DNA of 64,000 nucleotides from Candidatus Zhuqueibacterota bacterium (GTDB lineage: Bacteria; Zhuqueibacterota; Zhuqueibacteria; Thermofontimicrobiales; Thermofontimicrobiaceae): the NCBI GenBank assembly GCA_049322915.1, contig JBMOPW010000034.1, forward strand, positions 64,001 through 128,000, given 5' to 3'. Position 1 is the first letter of the stretch. Every line of letters begins with the position of its first letter. Of this stretch, positions 1 to 9,500 are shown piece after piece. A program made the translations under genes and the position numbers. The notes below the pieces were generated by a model. It had not been told where the DNA came from. It ran no database searches and was given only the letters and a program-made list of their open reading frames with translations.

Positions 1-244
1 CCTCCGTGTCCTGCAAAACCACGGAAGCGAACTGCGCCAGTTGATTTTCCTCTGAGCTGCCGACATGTTCTGACACTGAAACCTGCTCCCCGACTTGCAT
101 GGTGTTGAGCAATTCCAGGGGATTCCCGCCGAGAAGCCATACAATTAAAATGATGATCAATGTGCCTCCGCCGAGCGCTTTTTTGGAAGTCATGCCCCGA
201 CGGTCTTCGACATTGGTACTCTGTTTTCTTCCGATCCAACGCAT
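1..244 (-). CDS. YpfJ-like neutral zinc metallopeptidase, N-terminal part (runs off the window)
   Basis: Not in the ORF track. Manual translation gives MRWIGRKQSTNVEDRRG...GGGTLIIILIVWLLGGNP...FASVVLQDTE, the typical YpfJ N-terminus. GGAGG RBS upstream. Confidence 0.85.
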   Translation of the reverse strand, partial: MRWIGRKQSTNVEDRRGMTSKKALGGGTLIIILIVWLLGGNPLELLNTMQVGEQVSVSEHVGSSEENQLAQFASVVLQDTE

Positions 245-724
245 ATTTTCCTCCGATTTTAATACAGGGTGTGTGCACAAAATATAATGACATTTTTCTA
301 AAAATACAAACGATAATTTTGCCAACACCAAAGGCACTTGAGCGGATGGGATTGGTCTCCCATCCACTCAGTGTTCCGAATGTCATTATCGTGACAGCTC
401 CAGGAAATTTGAGATGTTAACTCGAAGCGAAGGCCGGTTTTGAGGTTGACTTTGAGTTGGTTGGTTCGAGACCGGCTTACACCGGCGCGGGTCATTCGAT
501 TTCTTCGATGATTTCGATACACGCCAACATGGTCGCTTCGGACGGTATGTATGTAAACTTTTGCAAAATAGAACCGCTTCTGATATGGGCTACCGATGGG
601 TTCGCTCGCATCGGCAGCAAGCCATTCCGCTGATTGGTTTCGTTGAAAACACCGCAACATACTTAAAATAAAACCTCCAGTCAAGAGAAAAATCAATATT
701 GTAAAATTGCAACAACCAACTTCA

Positions 725-740
725 TGGAATAGATATTGCA
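725..740 (+). promoter_or_regulatory. Putative sigma54 (-24/-12) promoter for the 961-13895 operon
   Basis: TGGAATAGATATTGCA has GG-N10-GC spacing. A near-identical copy lies at 14268-14283 on the minus strand. Confidence 0.6.
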
Positions 741-873
741 ATTTCTTTGCTTATTGTTGTTTAGAGTAACAACTCATTTGGTCAAAATCCCTTGGCAACA
801 ATGCAATACATGAGCAATCAGGCTTCTTGGTTTGAAAATACTCCTTCCTTAACATGGGGGAATGAGGAAGTAC

Positions 874-891
874 AGTGTCTCAATTTGAGAC
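874..891. promoter_or_regulatory. Palindromic site, putative enhancer-binding-protein site
   Basis: GTCTCA-ATT-TGAGAC. The 12-mer AGTGTCTCAATT recurs exactly at 14351-14362. Confidence 0.55.
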
Positions 892-960
892 CAATACGCT
901 TCATTCTTAACCATCTATCCAATCTGAAAAAATTCGTATAAATTTTTGAAAGGAGCATCG

Positions 961-2334
961 GTGAAAAAAATTCTAATTTCAGCCCTGCTTGGAATCGTTC
1001 TGGTTGGGTGCGCTTCCCAAAATCAGTTTCGTTCCGCAGATCAATTACTCGAACGGGGTGACTATACCAGCGCGCTCAAAGAGTATCTCGCTGTTGCCGA
1101 AGCGAGCGGCTCTCTGGTCACATCAAAAAATGTCCGCGCCCTGGAAGGAGCCATGATTGCCTATTTCAATATTGGCGAATACGCCAAATCCTTTTCGCTG
1201 AGCCGACAAATACTCACCTTTGATAAGTACAATAGCAGTGCTATTTTTTATGCCGGTATGAATTTGGAAAAGCTGAACAAGCTGACATTAGCGAAAAAGA
1301 TATTCCGTTACTACCTCGTCCTGTCCGATTATGATCCCTACAAAAGCCTCATCAAAGCCAAATTCAATGATCTCGTTCAAAAGGAAATGAAGATCCGAGC
1401 CAAATTAGCGATTCAGATGGAGAATAACATTAGTCTGGACCAGATCGATAGCAACACGCTGGCCGTTTTATATTTCATCAACATCATGGAAGATCCGGAG
1501 TGGGGGTCCATCGGAAAAGGATTGGCGGAGATGATGATTACCGACCTGGCCCAGGTGAAAAGCCTGAAAGTGATCGAGCGCATCGAGTTGCAAAAGCTGT
1601 TGGAAGAGTTGCAATTAGGCATGTCCGGCCTTGTCGATGAAAAAACGACGCCGCGAATGGGGAAGCTGCTCAAAGCTAAGATAGTGGTAAATGGTGCATT
1701 TACGGTCAATGCTGGTCAAAATTTAACCATAAATTCTGAGCCGGTGGACGTCACCGAAGCAAAAGTCTTCCAGGTCGGGGAGTTCAGCGGCATTCTGAAC
1801 GACATTTTCAGCATTGAAAAGAAAATTGTTTTTAACATTTTGGAAGAGCTGAATATTACACTCTCAGCCAGCGAGAAAAAGAAAATTGGAAAATTCGCCA
1901 CGAACAATCTGCAGGCATTTAAAGCCTACTGCAATGGTCTCGATGAATATGATTTTGGCAATTATGATACTGCAAATTCTTACTTTCAGCAAGCTGTTGA
2001 TATTGACCCAAATTTTTTACTCGCAGCGGACATGCTGAGCATTACCAGCGCCATGAACGTTATTGAGCGCGCCCATTTTGTGCAATTTCATTTCCGACCG
2101 AGGCAACGGGGAATTGGGCCGGGTGTTCACGCTCATTCCATGCGCGCTAGAAATTCGACGCAGTTTCGGCTGCAACAGCTTTCGCGTAATATGGCTCTCA
2201 TCTATCTGCCCGGGACAGAGTCACGGAACGGCTCTTCGGAAATAATTACCCGGGAAGATTTTTGGCGCGGCACGGACTGGCAGTTCCCGGCAGAGATTTT
2301 GCCGCCGCCGCCTGATCCACCGCCGGGCCGATAA
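961..2334 (+). CDS. Lipoprotein with TPR repeats and a CsgG/HfaB/FlgO-like domain
   Basis: GTG start after AGGAG. Lipobox LVG-C. Motif LAVLYF...GLAEMMITDL...VIERIELQKLLEEL...MGKLL. TPRs on both sides and a Pro-rich C-terminus. Confidence 0.8.
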   Translation: MKKILISALLGIVLVGCASQNQFRSADQLLERGDYTSALKEYLAVAEASGSLVTSKNVRALEGAMIAYFNIGEYAKSFSLSRQILTFDKYNSSAIFYAGMNLEKLNKLTLAKKIFRYYLVLSDYDPYKSLIKAKFNDLVQKEMKIRAKLAIQMENNISLDQIDSNTLAVLYFINIMEDPEWGSIGKGLAEMMITDLAQVKSLKVIERIELQKLLEELQLGMSGLVDEKTTPRMGKLLKAKIVVNGAFTVNAGQNLTINSEPVDVTEAKVFQVGEFSGILNDIFSIEKKIVFNILEELNITLSASEKKKIGKFATNNLQAFKAYCNGLDEYDFGNYDTANSYFQQAVDIDPNFLLAADMLSITSAMNVIERAHFVQFHFRPRQRGIGPGVHAHSMRARNSTQFRLQQLSRNMALIYLPGTESRNGSSEIITREDFWRGTDWQFPAEILPPPPDPPPGR

Positions 2335-2387
2335 GCCCTCCAATGAATTTAAACAGAACATTGAGCACTCAAATTGGAGTTCATCCT

Positions 2388-3527
2388 ATGCAAAGGACAC
2401 GAATCATTTTAATTTTATCAGCGCTCCTGGGATTGTTAAGCGCAGTAACCGCCCAGAATTATTCTCCAATCATCGATACCGTAAAAGTACAACAGCGAGA
2501 CAATAGCTTCCTGGTTGATATTTACTACGACGTCATCGATACTGAATATGATTCGCTTATTGTGTTCATCCACGTATCCGAGGATAGCGGCGCGACGTTC
2601 AACGTCCCGGTGAATGCGCTGAGCGGTGACTTCGGATATCAAATTTACCCGGGCACAGACCGGCATATCGTCTGGGATGCCGGCAAAGACTATCCCGAGA
2701 AATTTGGCAAGAAATTCAAAGTGAAATTGACAGCCAGTGACACGAAGCTGAACCACGGGGAGGCGATTCCCCCGGGTGGATTTTACATGGGTGACAGCGC
2801 CGGATTCGATGATCCGCGCCATCTGATTGCGCTGGATGATTTCGAGGTGAGTCGTTACGAAGTGACGAATGCAGAATATCGTCTGTTTTGCGAAATGACA
2901 GATCGCGAATTTCCACCGGAAGGAGGATTGTTCCAGCCACCGAAAGGCTATTTTCTTGAATATAAAAATTACCCTGTGGTTGCCGTGAGCTGGTACGACG
3001 CTGTGCTGTATTGCAATTGGTTGAGCGAGCTACAGGGGCTGGAGCAATGTTACAACACAGTCAATTGGGTTTTCGATGAAACGAAGAACGGTTATCATTT
3101 GCCCACGGAAGCCCAATGGGAAAAAGCAGCGCGCGGCGGACTGGAAAAGATGCTTTATCCCTGGGGCGATGACCATCCGCCTGAAACCCGGGCGAACTAT
3201 CAAAATTACGCCGGCGATTTGATCACACTCATGGCCAACTTCGACGGACAGGGAAGAGGCACTCTGATGGTGGATACCCTAACCACCAATGGTCTTGGAT
3301 TGTATCAAATGGCCGGAAATGTCTGGGAATGGTGCAACGATTGGTACAATGATGAATATTATTATGACTCCCCTGATGAAAATCCACTTGGTCCGACGTC
3401 CGGTTCTGACCGAGTGATACGAGGTGGCGCATGGAATACCTCGGATATTTATCTTCATTGTGCGGCGCGGGATATGAAAGCGCCGGATAGAAAGCGGTAT
3501 GATATCGGTTTTCGGGTTGCACGTTAA
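2388..3527 (+). CDS. Secreted FGE/SUMF1-type (CLec-fold) protein with an N-terminal Ig-like domain
   Basis: Signal peptide. Motifs EVTNAEY, PVVAVSW, LPTEAQWEKAARGG, MAGNVWEW, RGGAW, GFRVAR. Lacks the catalytic Cys pair of true FGE. Confidence 0.88.
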   Translation: MQRTRIILILSALLGLLSAVTAQNYSPIIDTVKVQQRDNSFLVDIYYDVIDTEYDSLIVFIHVSEDSGATFNVPVNALSGDFGYQIYPGTDRHIVWDAGKDYPEKFGKKFKVKLTASDTKLNHGEAIPPGGFYMGDSAGFDDPRHLIALDDFEVSRYEVTNAEYRLFCEMTDREFPPEGGLFQPPKGYFLEYKNYPVVAVSWYDAVLYCNWLSELQGLEQCYNTVNWVFDETKNGYHLPTEAQWEKAARGGLEKMLYPWGDDHPPETRANYQNYAGDLITLMANFDGQGRGTLMVDTLTTNGLGLYQMAGNVWEWCNDWYNDEYYYDSPDENPLGPTSGSDRVIRGGAWNTSDIYLHCAARDMKAPDRKRYDIGFRVAR

Positions 3528-3568
3528 TGACGCATCGAATCAACTGAACAAAACATCACGAGGATAAC

Positions 3569-6500
3569 ATGAAAGCATACACATGGCAACGCGTTCTCTC
3601 ACTGGTCATTGCCATACATTTTCTGGGACTGTCGTTTGCACATGCCGACATCACATCAAAGCACAGCAATATTTTTACGCTGGATACTCGCGTTCAAAAT
3701 CCCGATCCGGTGGATGGCTGGCAGATCGTGACAAACCAGGGCAACACCTACAATGAAGATATCATCATCGATGACGTCGGCAAGGTATGGTGCTTTTATT
3801 TGAGAAACATCGGCCCGAACCCGCCAGTGTACATGAAGATTTTCACTTCGACAGGGTATATTTACAAGCACGAAACGGTTGTGGGGCATGCATCGCCTTT
3901 TACCTACTTCGTGCAGAATTCAATACGCGCCGCGCTCAATTCCGAGACTGGCGATGTCTGGGTGGCATTGGAGGGTAATTCCGGCGGTTATTTTGTCCGT
4001 TACGACTCCACCGGTGAGGTGGTTCAGGATTCCACGTTGCTCGCCGAAGAGTCTCATCTGCCCAAGATTATTGAAGGGACCGATGGTCAAATGTGGTTTT
4101 CGTGGCACACTTTCGCTAATGGCGGAGCCGAAAGTTTTGGGAAAATCGCAGCCTATTCTAACAGTGGCGCTCTTGCAATTCGACCCATATTTGTGAGTCA
4201 GTTTAATAATGTCTTCAATACAGATATTGCCATGGACGACAGCAATCAGATCTGGGTGGTGCTCGATAGCAATGACAATGGCAATTTCGCCAGCCGGTAC
4301 TGTGTGTTCAATGAGGATTTAGATCTCATCATCGCCGGCAATGTGATCAGCAATAATCCAATTCCATTGAACCCGCAGCGCCAGATTCTGGCTGACCGCA
4401 TCAATGGAAGGGTCTGGATTCTGGCCAAAAATGATACCACGCAAAAACAGAAACTCAATATGTATGGATTGGATGGTTCTCTTTTGACCAGCATCAACAA
4501 TGTCGGCGAATGCGCCTTTCTGAGAAATGAAACCAACCATCTGGAAGTGATGCGATTCAACAGCTCGGATCCATTGAACAAGCTGTACCAGATCGCCATG
4601 TTCAACGCGCAGGACGGAAGTCTATTTCAGGATTGGACCACTGAATTTGACAGCACCTACAGTTTTGTGAGAAATGGCTTGTCCTACGAGGGTGCTCAGA
4701 ATGGACTCAAAATCTACGCTGTCCATGAGGAAGAAAATTTAACCCGAATAAAATTTTTAGAGGTGACAGCCGGCTTGCCGGAAATTACGATCAGCCCGTC
4801 TTCCGTCAACTTCGATACAACGAAAATTATAAACGGTTACATTAAACATAAAGATATCAAAGTTTCCAATATCGGCAATGCAACTTTGGCGATCACGGAT
4901 ATCAACAATGAACGATCCAATTTCTTCGTGAGCGACACGGTCTTGCAGCTTTCGCCCGGGCAATCAGATAATATCACGGTTTATTTTGACCCGGCGGATA
5001 CGAACGTCCTTTACGACACGCTCATCGTTCACAGCAACTCCGTTCAGAATAATCCATTCGAAGTGGCGCTCGCCGGCAGAGGCTATAATCCCGGCTTCCC
5101 TGATATTTTGGTCAATCCAACAACCCTCGATTTTGACTCACTGGTCGTCAGGAATTCACTGATCAGGTATCTATATGTGTACAATCAGGACGTGTATGAA
5201 CACCTTGTGATTTCCTCGGTGACGTCACAAAGTCCGCACTTTAGCCATAGCACCGATGGCTTCACACTTGGGCCGAAAAGAGGCGAGTATATTGCTGTCA
5301 CGTTTCGGCCAACGTATGCCGGCACTCATCTGGATACTCTTTACATCAGCAGCAATGACCCGGAAAATCCCAATCTGGCAGTTCCGCTTTTTGGAGTAGG
5401 CCTCAGTGGAGAAGAACCGCAGATCGTTGTGGATGTTGATTCACTGTACTTCGGCGAATTGGCGCTGGGACGTGATAAAGTTTTGTATGTTGGCATTGAG
5501 AATGAAGGACAGACCACTCTGACCGTCAGCGAAATCGCTTCCAGTGATTCTCAGTTTACTGCGGAGCCGGCAGAATTCTCCCTGTCGCCGTATTCAAAGC
5601 GATATATTGCAGTAAATTTCCACGCCTACCGTCTTGGCGAAGCGCTTGCAACGCTGACGATTCAAAGCGATGATCTGGAATTTCCAGAATATAACATCAA
5701 ACTTGTTGGGATCGGTAGGGAAGAGTACCCGCCGTCCATTTCGGTTTACAGCGATTCGATCGATTTCGGCATTGTTCCCGTGGGAAATCAGAGTTTAAAA
5801 TACTTCTGGGTCATCAATGAAGGCGAACAAACGCTGGATGTAGAAAGCCTTGTCTCCAGTGACAAACAGTTCATAACCGATCGATCGAGTTTTTCCCTGA
5901 CGCCGGGCGGCGTTCAAATGGTCGCTGTCACTTTTGTTCCGGATGAACCGGGACTGATAAATGCCGAACTGATCCTTTCGAGCAACGATCCTGAAAATAG
6001 CAGAAAATCTGTGACACTCGTTGGGCAGGGGAGAAATTTAACAGAGCCCAATCTGGTTGTCAATGCGCAACAACTCGATTTTGGCGCCGTTGGCATTTCG
6101 CATTCTACGACCAAATACTTCACGGTTTACAATAGCGGCGAACAGACGCTTTCTGTGACGAACATTTATATCAGTGGGGTTCAGGGTAATCCGTACAACG
6201 TTCATCCCGGTTCATTCAATCTTTCGCCGTACCAATATCAGACCATCTATGTCACTTTCACGCCCAACGTGCTCGGCCAACTGAATGGGACGTTGAATAT
6301 CGAAAGTAACGATCCTCCGACCCGAACCGTGAGTCTGGTGGGAACAGGCCGTTTATTGAACGACCCGAACCTGTATGTGGATAAATCGCTTGTCTCTTTC
6401 AGCGAGACCGCCATTACCCGAACGACTAACTCCTACCTCTGGTTCAGCAACACCGGAGAGCAGGAATTGATCGTGGAAACAATGACCCATTCGGACACGA

Positions 6501-9500
6501 GCTTTTCGGTCAATATCGATAATTTTTCTCTCAACCCGGGCCAGAGCCAGTACGTGGTCGTTTCATTCGCTCCGAAACAAGTGGGCGAATATCTGGACAC
6601 GCTGAAAGTTTACAGTAACGATCCTGAAGACCGCCTGAAAAATATTGTACTCCTGGGATCGGGCAGAAATTTGTATTCTCAGAACATTCAAATCTCCAAT
6701 GACAGCCTTGCTTTTGGAGCGGTCCCCATTAATCAGCGCATTACGTACGGCCTGGTCGTTTACAACACAGGGGAACAGGATTTGACCATCAGCAATATTG
6801 GAAACGCTCTTCCTGAATTTCTGGTCGACACGCGCCAGTTCACCGTTTCGTCCAATTCCTATCGCACCCTTTATATCACCTTTGAACCGGACTCGCTAAA
6901 AGATTATAATGATGAATTATCGATTTCAAGCAATGACCCGGAGACGCCCGTCTCAACAGTGAAACTCAGCGGCATTGGAAGGAATTTGCTGGATCAAAAT
7001 CTCGCCACCGCTCCGGATAGTCTGTTCTTCGGCAGTATTGGTGTTGGTTTGAATCACACGATGAGTATCCAGCTTAGAAATATCGGAGAAAAGAATCTGG
7101 TCATTGATAGCATCCGGGTCACTCATCCGATGTTCTCTCTCAGCGGCCAGTCTGCGTTGACATTGTCGCCGGGCGCATCCCAGTGGCTGAATATCACATT
7201 TACTCCAACTGCGGTGGATACGTTCGACGCGGAACTCCATTTGTACAGCGACGACGTCGACTCCTCGGATTTCATTGTCCCGCTTCTTGGCTATGGCCGG
7301 GAATTGACCGGGCCGAATCTCGTCGTTTCTCCTGATGAATTGAATTTTCAGGATGTCCCTGTTCGCGGTATTGAGGAAGTCTTTTTGAGCGTTTACAATT
7401 CTGGCGAACAACATTTGAATATCACCGATATTCAGTCCGGAGATGTTCAATTCGTGCCGGCTCCTACAGAACTCACGTTAAGTCCGGGCGCGTCCCAATT
7501 GGTCAAAGTGACGTTCTCTCCCATGGCGATCGATACATTCGAAACTGAACTGATCTTTTTTAGCAATGACGGCGATAGCAGCGAATTTGAAGTTCCGATG
7601 ACTGGCATCGGTCGCGATTTGAGGGAGCAGAATTACGTCAGCAACGTCAAGTCTGTGGAATTCGGGGAAGTCATGCTTGGACAACGCATCACACGAAGCA
7701 TCACGTTCTCCAATAGCGGCGATCTTCCGCTTGTTCTTTACAATTGCACGACGACCGACACCCATTTTGTCTGCGCAACCGATTCGTTCATCGTCATCGG
7801 CGGCAGTGAGTATGCACTGCAAATAACATTTACACCGAGTGACACGCATTTTGTCCAGGCAGATTTGATTTTCAATACCAACGACCCTGATGTCTATTCA
7901 ACCACCATTCCGCTGCGAGGCTCAGGACAAATGGACACGCAGCAGATCGCTGTTTCGCCGGGCGCACTTTCTTTTGGCGATGTGAGAATTCATACAACGC
8001 GCAGCAGGTCAATTCAGGTGAGTAACTTTGGAGAGAAGACGCTCAATGTTTTCAATATCATTCCGACCGACACGGTTTACTCAACCAGCATTGGCAGTTT
8101 CTCTCTCATTCCCAACGAGACCCGAACTGTGTTCGTTTATTTCACTCCGGACACGATCAGATCTTATCAAGCGCAACTATTGTTTGTGAGCGATGATCCG
8201 GTCACGGATACTTTGGCCGTTATCCTGTATGGCGTTGGCAGAGATTCGCTGAGCGCGGCAATTACAACAAGCACCGACAGTCTGGGATTTGGTGAAGTCG
8301 CGGTGGACTTCTCTCGCTCCATTCACATGACCCTGTACAACTCCGGCGAAAAGACATTGCAGATCAGCAATATCACCACCACAGATTCTGTCTTCTCAGT
8401 CGGTCTGACGAATTTCAATGTCAATCCAAACTCTCAGGCGCTTCTGTTGGTTACATTCACGCCCGAAAGTATCACGAGCTACGCGGATACACTGACCATT
8501 TTCAGCAACGATCCGAACAACGACACGCTGCTGATTGAGCTCACCGGCATTGGCAGAAAGCAAAATGATCAGCATATTGCAGTCTCAGATACCTCGCTCA
8601 ATTTTGGCGTGGTGCCGACCGACCGATCGAGTACGAAAACTTTCTGGGTGTATAATAACGGTGAAAAGACGCTCGACGTCACTCAAATTGCAGTCAGCGA
8701 TTCGCAATACACGGTGAACAAAGAATGGCTACTCATTGCGCCGGGTCAGTATGAATACCTGCAGGTGACCTTCTCGCCAGATTTAGAAGATACAATTAAG
8801 GCCGTGCTGACGCTGACAAGCAATGATCCGGACGAATCTGATAAAACGATTCAACTCTCAGGGATAGGAGAATTGTACACCGGGCCAAGAATTATTGCCC
8901 TGAACAATTCACTGAATTTCGGCAATATGTTGATTGGCGCCACCAAAAAAATGACGTTCCGGGTTAAAAATCTGTCCCTGACTGATACCCTGATCATCAA
9001 TAACCTGACGTCGAATAACAGCAATTTTACCGTTTCAAAAAGTGAAATAAAAGCTCCTCCGATGGATAGCACGTCCATTCAGGTGACATACAAACCGAAT
9101 TCCATTGGCTATCATTCGGCTGCCCTGACGTTGTATTCCAATGATCTGTACCAGGAGCAGTTTAATTTCTGGGTATATGGACAGGGCATTTCCGAAAATG
9201 TCGGCACCAATTATTTAGCAAATCTGGGATGGAAAGTGAATGGGTATTCTCCATTCGGTCAGTATTTCAGCCCCAATCCGTATACAGATGACGTCCTGAG
9301 CGGTAGTGACATCCTGAACGATCCTAATGGCCGAGCCGACCGTGCCTGGTTCGTGAAAGATGTCTTCATTTATGACAATCCGGATACTGCGATTTTGAAT
9401 ATTTGCTATGATGATCAAATTTTTCTCTATGTCAATGGCACGTATGTTTACAATGACACCTCGGCCACGCCGCTCCACTGGAACATCGCTGATTTGAATG

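Noticed and set aside
298..741. 147-aa minus-strand ORF
   Set aside because: No recognisable motif or RBS; it overlaps hairpins and the putative sigma54 promoter.
961..2334. Curli secretion (csgG) operon
   Set aside because: No CsgA/B-like repeats and no CsgE/F; only the fold family is shared.
3400..3527. FGE/CLec C-terminus as a diversity-generating retroelement target
   Set aside because: No reverse transcriptase and no template-repeat copy seen in the window. Targeting in trans cannot be excluded.
2388..3527. Active formylglycine-generating enzyme
   Set aside because: The catalytic Cys pair after RGGS is absent and no sulfatase is adjacent.
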